NCBI GenBank assembly: GCA_964016885.1
Contig: OZ024752.1
Span: 248,001-312,000 of the forward strand
Reading direction: 5' to 3'
Source: Eledone cirrhosa
Lineage: Eukaryota
DNA length: 64,000 nt
In this document: positions 26,505 to 39,489 of the stretch, one piece after another
Layout of the letters: each line of letters starts with the position of its first letter
Numbering within the stretch: position 1 is the first letter of the stretch
Made by a program: the position numbers and the translations under genes
The notes under the pieces: generated by a model
Database searches by the model: none
Told to the model about the DNA's origin: nothing
What the model saw: only the letters and a program-made list of their open reading frames with translations

Positions 26505-27528
26505 CCTTAAAGACATTGTGTTACAGGTGTTCACAATGAACATCAATGGCTAATATTGTTTTGAATCATACGTTGCCTACACTGATTGTTATTCTAATTG
26601 TTGTTACTGTTTAGCTCCAAATCAACACTGATGCGGCAGTTAACGTTAAAGCCTGTTCTCTGAGGCTCATCAGTCCGGAGCCTATCCTGGTTTCCTTGGT
26701 GTTAAGCGACTGAGAATACTAGAATTCTCTTTGGACAAGCCACCAGTCTGTCGCAGAGGTTAACCCCAGCTACTGCAGCTACGACTGCTGGTACTCATTT
26801 CTTTTCAGTTGAGTAAACTAGAACAGCGTGAAATGAAGTGTCTTGCTCAGACAAAACGCGCCACTCGGTTCAGGAATCGAATCTACAATCTCGTGATCAT
26901 AAGACGAAATCCCTAACCAATAGGACGCACCCCTTCGCTCGAACCGACACGTTTATGATCATATGCAGTGTAGCAATGATCATACTATCTATTTTGTGTG
27001 TGTGCGGTTGGGGGTGGATTTGGAGATACAACGTATCCTGGAATATATTGTCCAATGAAACCTTCCTTCATTTAAAAAGAAAAGATTATGGTATAATTTA
27101 AAGGAAGTTTGGCTGTTATTACTAAGAGCTCAAACACTAACGTAGAAAGCCATTCGCTGGCTTGTTAAAGCTATAGGTGTTGTTCTTTATATATTGTCAG
27201 TGTTTTACTTGTTGTTCATTGACTCTATAATAATATGGACGTCATTCTATTGTGAGATGTAGCTTCTCTTTTGGCACTATTAATGATTCGCTACTTCCGT
27301 TTTTGTTGTTTCTACTCTGGTCAAAGCATTTCATTGTTGTTATTGATGGTGCTAGCAGTTTTTTTGTGAATGTTATTTCTTTGTTAGCTTTATTTTGTTC
27401 CATTTTGATCTTTTGGCAGGTCTCACTATATAGTGGAAGTAGTTCTGAATTTACATGTCCGTAAAACTAAGATTAATACTTCTAAAAATATGAAAATATC
27501 GATGCGTTAATTCATCACATGAATATAT

Positions 27529-27564
<36 letters not shown>

Positions 27565-27566
<2 letters not shown>

Positions 27567-27755
27567 ACAAAGAAAGTGTGGCAAGGAACCAGGTGGACCA
27601 TAACGCACCAGAGTACTCGATTCTTGGGGTAGTAGAGTGGGTAATAGGAAAAGAGTCAGGACCCCGACGGCTGAGCTCCGGCCGTTTCGACAGCTAGCGT
27701 TCAGATCTAGCCGTCGAAACGGCCGGAGCTCAGCCGTCGGGGTCCTGACTCTTTT

Positions 27756-27760
<5 letters not shown>
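27565..27760. mobile_element. Half-hammerhead fold-back element, family P copy 3
   Basis: Same architecture; both arms carry the private variant ccggccg/cggccgg. Confidence 0.85.
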
Positions 27761-27810
<50 letters not shown>

Positions 27811-28071
27811 AACTGCGTTTGTGTGTTTATAAAACAATGAAAACAAAACAAAAGTCAGAGATAGGTAGTTAAATCGTTCATTGTATTACGATCGTTTCAG
27901 TGGGTCGTTTGATCGTGGAAGATCGATGTATCGACTACCATCGTAGTGGTTACATCACTACCTGTTTTTAGTCTCGAAATCCCTGTTCGATCGACCGTCT
28001 TCTTCAGGCTTAAACATACAGGCGTGTGTGTGTGTGTGTGTGTGTGTGTGTCTGTGTCTGTGTCTGTGTCT

Positions 28072-28107
<36 letters not shown>

Positions 28108-28266
28108 TAATAGCTGTCATCTCTACCGCAGTTTACTTAACGCTACAATAATAACAAAATATTAACAATAATAACAAAAACAACCCATCGTTATTGTTGT
28201 TGTTGTTACTGTTGTTCTCCGAGGATGGATGGGTGCATAGGAAGATATACATAAATAGATAGCTAA

Positions 28267-28297
<31 letters not shown>

Positions 28298-28554
28298 TAG
28301 ATAGATAGATAGATAGATAGATAAATTTCTATTTATTTGCCACGAGGGCACAAAAGAAGGGGACAAATACACAGTGGGGGAGTTTACATAAATCGAGTAA
28401 AGAAAAAGGAATAACAATAATAATATAATAATAAAAAGTCCTCAAAAGGGAGGGGGCGTGTTCGGGATTGCACATACCCCCGAAAAGTGTGCAACCCTTT
28501 TCGCGAGGGAAGCCCAGAGAGGAGGTGCTCCCCCTTTCCTCTTCACTTCTTCAC

Positions 28555-31500
28555 CTACAGAACAATGTAGAGAGAAGGCCCATTTACACGAGCCATTCTC
28601 GCTTCTTTCACCCACCTTTCATAAAACTGTCTGGGGCCAAGCACTTCTCTCTCCATCCTGATCCTTCTTCCGAAGTGGTATCGGAAGAAGTAAACCAGGT
28701 GATGGCCGGAGAGAAAGTCACCCGACCTCAGACCTTTCAGGCGCGTCCACCACACAACCTCTTTCATCATGGCTATTACGCACAGAAATACCGCCTCTGC
28801 TTCGTTTCTAAAGGGAGGCGGCGGCTTGATGTTCACCACAGACTCGGCGGTTAATCGAATCGGCGCCACACGCGACAGCAGTTGTTCGACGTAGCCCCAC
28901 AGATCGGCAACGCCCGGGCAGTGTACCAGTGCATGCGCAACGGTTTCCTCGTCGCGCACGCAACTGGGACAGATCTTTTTCGCTGGATCCCTGCCCGGGC
29001 GCCCGTGTCTGTAGAGCTTTTCTCGAACGGGCAGAGCACCCCGGTAACACTGCCAGGCTAGGGACCTCTGGAAGTTGTCCATGGGTCCCGGGCCGAAAGT
29101 TCTACCGAACAGGCTGGCCAGTTCGTCCTCCTCCATGCCTAGCGACTCTCCAAGGGTGTCGTCGCCCCTGCTAGCCACCAGCCCTCTATAGAATGTCGAG
29201 GTGGATTCTCCACTGACAGTCGGGTCCGCTTGCCAGATAGCCGTGAGCGCCTGGGCACACTCGGTGTGCCAGTTGCCCAGTTTTCTCGGTCTTTGCTTCA
29301 CCCAGGATTGCAGCTCGGTGAGCGAGACGAGCTGTGGGAAGGCTCGCCTCACAAACGGGGCCCACACCGGCTGACCGGTGAGGAATACCTGTAGATGCCG
29401 TAGCCTCAATGCGTGCCTACGCATCAACAGCCACGGCATACCCAGCCCTCCTTTCGAAGGGTGCTGGCAGCAGATGGATCTCCTCACCATGGGAGGCCGC
29501 TTCTTCCAGAGGAACTGGAAGAGCATGCGTTCCATGATGGTGATCTTTTCCTTGGGGCAAGGCACGACGGTCAGGCGGTAGCAGATGACGGACGCTATGT
29601 AAGCGTTCGTCACCTCCGCCCGACCTTTCAGTGATAGTTTGCACTTGGCCCACTTCTGGGTCAGCGCAAACACCCTGCTCGTCACCTCGCCCCAATTCTT
29701 CTCCACCTGGAGGTCCGGTCCGAACCAGACCCCGAGCAGCTTCACCGGGCCCTCCGTCCACCGCCCGACGACACTGTCTAACGGCATCGGTTTGCCCCTC
29801 CACGTTCCGAGTTGCAAACCGACTGACTTGTCCCGGTTCAGCCTAGCCCCCGTCAGCCTTTCGTATTCCTCCAGTAGGGTGGCGATCGCCCCGATTTCCG
29901 AGGCGTCCGCCACCATTACTGTTACGTCGTCGGCATAGGCCGAGACCGCTTTGTGCAATCCCGGTTCCAGGGGTATGCCCCGCAGCAACTCCAACTTCCG
30001 CAGCAGTGGCTCGAGAGTCAATACGTACAGAAGGGAGGAGAGGGGGCACCCCTGTCTGATGGACCGGGTGATTTGAAACGGCTCCGAGAGGTAGCCGTTT
30101 ACTTTAATCCTAGAGTAGATGTTGCCACTGTGCATGGCAGAAATCCAGCCCCTGAAAACGGGTCCGAAGCCCGCATCCAGGTAACCATGGTCGACCCTAT
30201 CGAACGCCTTAGATTGATCCAAGTTGATCAGGGCCCCACCAAAGCCGGGTTCGTTGCCAACCCTCTCTATGATGTATCGCATGAGGTGGAGGTTGTCGTG
30301 AATGGACCTGGACGGGATAGCGCATGTCTGCGCGTCTCCCACCAGACCACCCACCACAAGCGCCAACCTCTTCGCCAACACCTTGGCCAAAATCTGTAAC
30401 TCTGCATTCAGCAGAGTTATGGGCCTAAAGTTACTTAAGTCGTCCCCCTTGCTCTCGTCCTTCCTCACTAGCGTGACCACGCCCTTGGTCACAGAACAGG
30501 GAATTCTCCCGTTCTGTTGCCAGTTGCAATAGACAGCCTCGAGGAGTTCGGAGAACAAGACCGGCATAGCTAAATAAAGTTCGTATGGTAGACCATCGAG
30601 ACCCGGAGATTTGCGTCTGCTGCATTGGCTGAGCGCTTCCCCGATTTCAGTGGCTGTGATTGGCCTTTCGCAGCACTCCGCTTCGCCGCTCGAAAGACGC
30701 GGTAGACCGTCGAGGTATGGACCGAAGTCCACATCCCCGTCCGGCCCCCCGCCCCCTCCGAACAGTCGAGCAAAGTGCCTTTGAAAGGCCTCGCACATCC
30801 GCTCAGGTTCAAGGATCACCCGTCCATCCTGGTCTCGCAAAGACCGAATGGTGGATTTAATCCCACTCTTGGCTTCTGTCACGCGGGCCCAGCTAACAGC
30901 TTTGGTCCCCTCGTTTCCTAAAGCACGTATTTTACTTCGGACAACGCAGCCTTCGTGCTTCGCGTCAAAGAACTGGCTCAACGCCGTTCTCGCCGCTAAC
31001 ACTCTGGCTACGTCTCCGCTCCTAATCGCCTCTTCTAGTTTATCTGTTAACTCCCTTTCCTTCCTATTTCTATTCGCCGCTAGTTCCTTACTGTAACCTA
31101 TCGAACTTACTCTAATCTCTCTCTTTAGAGATACCCACCACCTACTGTTGACAATCGCTCCCGTCAACCGCATCTTAACTAAGCTACTAATCCGGTTCCT
31201 GTAATCTTTCTTTGCCGGCAAGGACAAGTTCATCTTCCAGTAACCGGGACCCTGTCTATGCGTTCTATCAAGGTTGACCACGCAGGTCACTAATTTGTGA
31301 TCTGAATAGCCAACCATGATCAATTCTGGACAACTAAATACGTCCCTATCCTTACTCCTAACCAAAAACCTATCTAGGTACGATCTAGATTGTCCACTGC
31401 GGTTTGCCCAGGTCGGCGCAGTTGGACAATCTAGTCGAAATCTATCGACCAGGTCGAATCGATCGAGTAACCCCTTGAGGCTGCTACACCCCCCTCTATC

Positions 31501-31967
31501 GGGACATGCCCCTGCATAGTCCCAACGCGCATCTAGGATTCCATTCCAGTCCCCCACTAAAAGCAGGGAACGCGACGTTCCTAGAAAAGTCTCCAGACGC
31601 AGTAAGAAGTCGGCTCTTTCAGCCCCGAAGGGGGCATAAAGACCGACCAGTCTGAAAGCCCCGCCTTCACCGCCTCCGACGTCCAGCACCAGTATTCGAC
31701 CCCCCGGGTCCGAGTGAACAATCTGTACGTCGAGAGCCAGACGTTTATCCAGCAGTACGGCAACTCCCCCCCCCCCCCGCCTCCGGGTTGACAGAGAGAT
31801 GCGTGCATCTCAAAGTCATCGAAGGCGGGAGCCAGCTGTCGCACGCTGCTGATCCGACTCTCGCAAACAACCATCACATCTATACTTCGTGACCTGAGGT
31901 CACTTAGTAGCTTTGCTTGCTTCCAAGCTGAGCCCAGGCCACGCGCGTTCAAACAGCCAACTCTCAA
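28555..31967 (-). CDS. Tx1 ORF2: APE endonuclease, reverse transcriptase and zinc finger (one frameshift near the C-run at ~31770)
   Basis: LNARG, VCES, GDWN, SYLDRF and SDHKLV (APE); FRPITLLN, DQSKAFDRVDH, RQGCPLS and AYADDV (RT); CPSC...H..VHC. Joins track ORFs 31581-31967 and 28555-31689. Confidence 0.93.
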
Positions 31968-31972
31968 TTGAT

Positions 31973-33833
31973 CTATTTTGGTGTTGAAAGTGAAGAAAGA
32001 AAAGCACTTACCTCTCCGGGTTGTGTAATTTCCATGGCGTCAGGTGTGTTGGGTGGAGGGATGTTTTGTGGTGGTGTGGGGGTGCCCGAGTGTGGTTGGG
32101 TTGGGGTGTTTGGAGTTGTGTCAGGGAGAGGGGAGGTTATGGGGAAATCTTTCAAGAGGACGCGATTTAACGGTTTTAAACAGGGGTGGGGGGGGGGGGG
32201 GGGCTCACGTCCTGTCTAAATTGTTCTTTTAAGGAACGATAAAGGTCCAGAGGGACCTTTATCATTTTTAAATGGGTGAAGTTCTCTGTTGAGATAAAGT
32301 TTGGCCCTTCGGTCTGCACCAAAGGGCTATTGTTTATTAATTTAAACAGTTTTTTGTTTTCTTTATTTATATATGTGTATTGCAATGTCTTTTTTTGTGA
32401 TGCTGTCAATGTTTCGGAGAGGGGAGGCGCAGATTTATTTTTGTTTGTTGAGGGTGGGGTGTTTTTTATTGGAGTTGGTGTTTGTGTGTGGGTTATTTGT
32501 GGTGTGCTGGGTGTGTGCTTTCTTTTTTTTCTTTTAACTTGTCTGAAGGCTTCTCCTCCTTCTTCTTCAGAAGTTGGGGGAAACTCTTCAGCGCTAGGTG
32601 GGAGGGACGTCGTGTCTGGTTTTTTTTTTGCGGGAGGGGTAGATTTGTTGCTGTTTTTTTTATTATTTGTTTGGAATGCGTTTTGTGGTGGTGGTGGTGC
32701 TGTTTGTGTCGTGCTTGTGGTTGGTAATGGTGGTGATGGTGTTTGTGTTGGTGTTGGTGTTGGTGATGATTTTTGTGTCGAGCTTGTGTTTGCTGCTGGT
32801 GGTGGTGATGTGCTTGGTGGTGTTTGTATTTTGTTTGCTGTGTGTGGTATTAGTGTATTTTTGGAGGTGGGTGGTGTTGGTGTACTGTTTGTGGTGGGTG
32901 TGGGCAATAGTCCTTTTTGGGGGACACGTTTCGGGCAGTTTAGCCTTAATGTGTCCCCTTTCCATGCATAAATAGCATGCTGGTCTTCTCCCCTCTACAA
33001 TTATATCTATTGGGGTGAGCTCATCCAGCCAGATGCGATCCGGGATTTGTGCTATTCTTTCGGGCCTCATTTGGACTAGTAGGTCGAGGCCCATTCCCAG
33101 GAACGCATCTCCGGATGCCTTCCCCATTGACAGCACTGTGTCCTCGCCCATGTCTATGACGCCAGCAATAGCCCACCAGAAGTCCATTGTGGGCAGCATT
33201 GTTTGTATTTTTACTCTGTGTTCTTCTACCCATGTAGGAGGGATAGAAGCTGTATGTTGTCGATGAGAGTGGGCTTATGGAAAGCTTCTCCGCCGTTTCC
33301 TTGTCTTTTGTTAGGACCGAAATGCTGCCATAGAGTCGGTCCTTTCGTATGAAGAGAATATTCTTCATATAGTCTTTTAGGACCAACTCTATCTCCATTT
33401 GGCTGGGCTGTGCTGGCTTTCTTGTTTCGTTTAGGATTGTTCTGAAGAGAACTGTGTTCTCTGTTCTCGCTTTCTTGAATTCTGGGGGGGGAGAGTTAAT
33501 GGAAAACATTCCATTTTCCCCCAAAACAATGTGTTTCTTTGCTTCGGCCATTTTATCTCTGGCGGCCGTTAGGTCAATTGGTGTGTATGTAATGGATTGT
33601 TTTGTTTTCTGGGCGAAAGTTGCCCTGTTGTTATTTGTATTATTTTCTGTTTGTTTGTTTTCCGTTTGCTCATTTTCCTTAACATTTGTTTTTTCATTTT
33701 CTTTGTTTGTTTCGTTGTCTAATTTTGTTGTAATTATTTTTTGTTCTTCAGACTTGGGGGGCGTGGCAGAGCTAATGGCAGACATGTCTGCCATCTTTTC
33801 CGCCATGCTGCCAAGAACGAAATTTTTCGGCAA
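31973..33833 (-). CDS. Tx1 ORF1, gag-like nucleic-acid-binding protein (frameshifted)
   Basis: Consecutive minus-strand ORFs 33021-33833, 32663-33199, 32176-32907 and 31973-32155. Zinc knuckle C..C....H followed by a frameshifted CP, then a Pro/Thr-rich tail. Confidence 0.8.
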
Positions 33834-34027
33834 AATTAGATATTTATTTTACCCCCTAAAAAGGGGGTAAATGCAAAAATGTTTCCCTAAATAACAGGGG
33901 TTAGTGTTCCAAATGTGTTGCACTGAAAAATTTATCCGGTACTTACAATAGTAAGGGTAAATCCCGATGGAATAGCGGAGCCGATGTGAAGCGTGTCTTA
34001 CTCTATCAAGATAGATAGATAGATAGA

Positions 34028-34554
34028 TTTCTTTATTTGCCACAAGGGCGCACAAGAAAAGGGGACAATACAAAGACATGCCGGGGATTTTACATACAGT
34101 CGTGTAAAAAATATAAAAACAAACAATTACAACAATCGAAATCCCCAATAGGGAGGAAGCGCCACAAATGGGTTGTTTAATACCCCGTCGATAGAACAAC
34201 CCTCAACTCCAGGAGCGTGTTGTGCAAGTGTTCCTTTCTTCCTTTTGCTCTCTTCTTTAACCTACAGGCGGCTTATATACAGAGAAGGCCCAATCACTCG
34301 GGACATTTTTTCCACATTCACCCACCTTTCAGTAAATTTACTGGGGTGTAGTGCCTCTCTCTCTCTCCACCCTGATTCTCCTTCTAAAGTGATACTTAAA
34401 GAAGGGAATCAATTGTTGTCCAGAGAGAAAGGCATCTGTCCTCAGTCCTCTCAATCTCGTCCACCATATAACCTCTTTCACCATAGCCACCGTACAGAGG
34501 AAAACCGCCTCTCTTTCGTTTTTAAAAGAGGCTGGCGGTTTGATCCTTACTATG
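34028..34554 (-). mobile_element. Short 3' fragment of a Tx1 relative in (TATC)n
   Basis: SIVRIKPP..FKNEREAVFLCTVAMVKEVIWWTRL homology; 3' end gtggcaaataaagaaa-(TCTA)n; (GATA/GGTA)n at 34555-34600. Confidence 0.9.
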
Positions 34555-35086
34555 GATAGATAGGTAGGTAGGTAGGTAGGTAGATAGATAGATAGATAGG
34601 TAATTAGGAATATAGATGAACAAGTTGGCAGGTATATAGGTAGGTAGGTAGGTAGGTAGGTAAGTAGATATATAGACGTTATTGTTGTTTACTGATGGTA
34701 TTATTGTTGTTATTACTGTTGTATATAGATCGATATGTGTGGGTGGTTACCCTGCATGGTTGCTAACCGTTGTTGGTTTATTTTGTCAAGACTTATCGTA
34801 CTTTCTTTTGTTTCTGTAAGCAAAACACAGATACATGCTCCCAATCAACAACACACACATATGCACACACACATTTCTGGTTCTGAGACCAACCAAGGGG
34901 TGTCTCATGATAATGGATGATATATATATATATATATATATATATTTAAAGGTTAAACAAGGTTCAATGAATAAATCAAAGAATGAGTTCTACAATAGAT
35001 TGGAAGCACTCAACAGTAATGGTTTTCCGGAGTTATTAATATTAATTCAAAATATTAACAAAAATAGAAATTCGTGTGATCAAGTA

Positions 35087-35153
35087 TATTTTATTATACA
35101 TATTTCAGAGGTACTGAGCTAACTTCAACAGTACGTCCTCATCAGATAAAATA
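35087..35153 (-). ncRNA. Type I hammerhead (inverted copy)
   Basis: Reverse complement of 35233-35299 within inverted arms 35041-35177 and 35209-35344. Confidence 0.8.
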
Positions 35154-35232
35154 AGATGATGCATGACATACCCTGACATACCATGACTGAATCTTAACCA
35201 TCTACTAATTCAGGGTATGTCATGCATCATCT

Positions 35233-35299
35233 TATTTTATCTGATGAGGACGTACTGTTGAAGTTAGCTCAGTACCTCTGAAATATGTATAATAAAATA
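35233..35299 (+). ncRNA. Type I hammerhead ribozyme
   Basis: tattttat-CTGATGA-ggacgtactg(12 nt)cagtacctct-GAAA-tatgta-TA-ataaaata; stem I is a perfect 8 bp. Confidence 0.8.
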
Positions 35300-35486
35300 T
35301 ACTTGATCACACGAATGTCTATTTTTGTTAATATTTTGAATTAATGTATATATATATATATAATAAAAGTATGATTTCCTACATGTAAATAATACACATA
35401 GAGATTGGGATCTGAAACCGCGGTAAAGGCACATTTAGTAAGTACAGTGAATTTTTTTAAATTTATTCTTTATTTGCTTTCCCTTG

Positions 35487-35596
<110 letters not shown>

Positions 35597-36488
35597 ACCG
35601 AAAACACGACTGCGTACTAGTTTGATGCTTTATATTTAAGATCTTGCATATTCCTAATAAGTTCTTTATGTTTAATTTGGAACAGTATCATTCTTAAAAC
35701 TATTAGCCAGTTATTGTTTCGAAGCTTTCATATATATATATATATATATATAATATATTTAGAAACACACAGATACATGCGGACACACACATATATACAT
35801 GAATGCATCCGCACCCAACTGTGAGTTAAGGGTGCCAACTTCACCGATGTTGCTCAATGAATGACTGGGACAGACCAATCCAGTTGAACTAGACTGAACC
35901 AGTATCAGAGTTAAAAATACATTATGAAGAGAGAAGAAACATTTAGATATAATTAGTAATAAAATGTATCATACCTAAACTGCTTCTAGATTCCTCGTCT
36001 ACGTAGTTTCGTGGCATAAACAAAAACAATATATCATAAAGACATATACTCCTTGCGAGGTCTGCCGACTTATCAAGAGGATACCTCATTTTACTAGTCT
36101 CAAGAACGCGTCTACACGACGTGAGAAAGAATCCCAAAAGGCGGAGGGGGAGATAGTCACGCGATATAACGGTCGAGAAACAGAGCTAAGCCTCTTATAA
36201 CCCGGAAGAAAATACCACATACCATATATATATATATTTATATATATATACATACATACTATATATATACGTATATACATACTATGTATATATGAACATA
36301 TTATACATTTTATATATATATATATACATACTATACACGGTGGATTGGCAGTATCGGTAGAGAGTCGGGCGCCATGAGTTCAAATCCCGCCGAGGTTTAC
36401 TTTGCCTTTCATCGTTACGGGGTCGATAAAATAAAGTACCAGTGATGCACTGGGTTATTGCTGGCCTTGTGCCTAAAGTAGAAACAGT

Positions 36489-36549
<61 letters not shown>

Positions 36550-36883
36550 TGTTACGCATTCCACGTCTTTTCTTAAATTAAGGTGAACGTTTAGGGAATA
36601 AATTCAAGTAAAAGAGTTAATATTGTACAAATAATTCCAATGATGTATATCTTCTAGGTTGGTTTTGATATTGTTATTTTGATTTGGTGCACGCTGTGTA
36701 TGTATGCGTGTCGATATATATATATATATATATACATATACAAGCACATACTCATACACACGCACGCACATATATAATGTACATATATATGTACGTGTGT
36801 ATATATATATATATATATATATACATATACAAGCACATACTCATACACACGCACGCACATATATAATGTACATATATATGTAC

Positions 36884-36922
<39 letters not shown>

Positions 36923-36968
36923 CATACATATATATCTATGTATGTATGTATGTATATATGTTTAATTT

Positions 36969-37059
<91 letters not shown>

Positions 37060-38326
37060 TGAGGACAGCCTGCTCTTTCAATTCAATTAAAATATCGAAA
37101 TCTTATTTTGAATCTTCTTCACTTCAATTAAGATATCAGAATCATTATAAAACGGTAATGCTATTAAAACCCATCTTATTCTTGAAAACGTTTATTATTT
37201 AAGTAATCTCTTATGAGAAACTTCAAACGTTCGCTCATTATTTTAGTGTCTTCATTGCTCTTATTTTAATGATATCGCAAGATATGTTCTTCCATAATAT
37301 CTTTCCATGACGCATTTCTCTCCTTAGGTTGTCCACTAACTGCATGAAGAATCCCATTCCTAACTTATCTCTCCATCTTTTACCTCCTCTAATTTTTACC
37401 AAAAGGTTTTGGAGGGAAGCTCCAAAACTTGAGAAATCCATCTCAACTCTACGCATCTCCTTCATCGTCTTCTGAGGCAATATATTCTCCATCCTGTCGG
37501 CCGGGACCGAGAGGCCCAGAGGGTAATATAGTTTGAGTGGAGGATACTGGTTCGTACGTCACACGTAATCACACATACGTTATTTCGAATGTGTAGTTGT
37601 ATTAATATATTTAACTACAACATCCAAACTTATCCTGTGACTTCAAGTAGGCTCTCACAACTCATATCCTCTCTAAATTACCAATAAAAGATATATATTC
37701 TGTGTTCAATTGACAGTTGTTAGAACGTGAAATAGAATGCTATGCGATATTCGTTCTGTCCCTCCACTCTCTGAGTTCAAATCTCACCGAGGTCAACTTT
37801 GCCTTTCATCCATTCGAGGTCGATAAAAACGTACCAGTCTAGTACTTGAGTCAAACTTTCTCTCTGTCTTTTTCTCACGTCCATTCCCTCACTCTCTATC
37901 TTTCTCTGGAAGAAATCTGTTGTAGTCAAGCCTGGAGATGAATACTCTCCGCCAGGCTTAAAGAATGTCCTAGAAACACCGTATGTCGGTGTCCCTAAGA
38001 CTCCATGAAGAGTTACGGAACCATACATAATTTGTTCATCATTTAAAATTTTCTAAAGAACATTTCCTGTCTGAATAATTTTCATTCTTGTTTTATCATC
38101 CAGTGTCCACAGTAGAACTGGTTAGATGGATTTGCATTAAAACATTTCCTTTCCATATATGTTTATCTAAACCAATAGTTTCCTAATTGTTTCTTATATT
38201 GAGGCATCACTACTTAGTCTGCAATTCTTTCCCATTACGTAAAATAGTGAAGAATACACACATACACACACATATATATATATATATGTATATATGTATA
38301 CACACACACACACATATATATATAAA

Positions 38327-39043
38327 TTTCGTATTCCCAAAGAAATACGGTTTTAGGAAGCTGTAGCAAACACCGGGGGCCAGCAACCTCTGGTGATGTC
38401 CAGCAGAAGCAAGGGGGACAACCGTCTATACATTTCAGGCTTAACTGGCCTTCGTCAGGACGATCCCTCCCACCCTTGCGACTGCTGGACTAGAAGACAG
38501 GCGAGAATATATACTTTTCTCGTCTGTGTAAATGATTAATCTCATTTGCATATGAAGCTGCATAAGTTGGCTCAACTTATAATAATAGAAAAGAAATAAG
38601 ATTTCGCTTCAAGCATAGCTTTATACAATATGTATAGTAATTTCGTATCTCCAAAGAAATACATATTGTATAAAGCTATGCTTGAAGCGAAATTTTATTT
38701 CTTTTCTATTATAAGTTGAGCCAACTTATGCAGCTTCATATGCAAATGAGATTAATCACCTCATTTACACAGATGAGATGCTATATATTCTCGGCTGTCT
38801 TCTAATCCAGCAGTCGCAAGCGGTGGGAGGGATCGTCCTGACGAAGGCCAGTTAAGCCTGAAAAGCATAGACGGTTGTCCCCCTTGCTTCTGCTGGACAT
38901 CAATAGAGGGCGCTAGCCCCCCCCCCCCCCCCCCCCCCGGTGTTTGCATAGCTACGGCTTCCTAAAACCGTATTTTTTTGGATATACGCAATCTCTATAC
39001 ATGTTGTATAAAGCTATACTTGAAGCGAAATCTTATTTCTTTT
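38327..39043. mobile_element. ~314-nt HHR-bearing unit, tandem and inverted (retrozyme-like family R2)
   Basis: The unit start tttcgtat recurs at 38327 and 38641, then inverts at ~38660. HHRs at 38421-38464 (-) and 38832-38875 (+): atcgtc-CTGACGA-aggc(cagttaa)gcct-GAAA-nnnn-TA-gacggt. Confidence 0.85.
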
Positions 39044-39045
39044 AT

Positions 39046-39143
<98 letters not shown>

Positions 39144-39389
39144 AGTCTTCGTCTCAACAAGAAATATGAACAAACCTGCCTCATCTTTAGCTTTTAATTG
39201 TAATACTCAACATTTGAGAAGATGGATTTCACTGATACATCGAAACCGATTATCTTTTATATACATGATAAAACTTTAAAAAAAAAGAATTGTCCCTCTC
39301 ATTTTTTCAATAATATCCCTTTGACGAATCAAAGAAGAAAAAGAGAAAAACAGATCCTTAAATATATTGTCAGTGCTATTTCCAATTCC

Positions 39390-39489
<100 letters not shown>

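Larger units (their letters stand above)
28324..34009 (-). mobile_element. Near full-length Tx1 (L1 group) non-LTR retrotransposon in (TATC)n
   Basis: 5' UTR, ORF1, ORF2 (APE-RT-CCHC) and a 3' UTR ending AATAAAtagaaatt-(TATC)n. (GATA)n at 28296-28323 and 34010-34027. Confidence 0.95.

Noticed and set aside
32276-33870. Plus-strand Val/Gly/Phe-rich ORFs
   Set aside because: Antisense shadows of Tx1 ORF1.
37238-37530. 84-aa minus-strand ORF in unique sequence
   Set aside because: No recognisable domain or clear splice sites; it could be an old LINE remnant.
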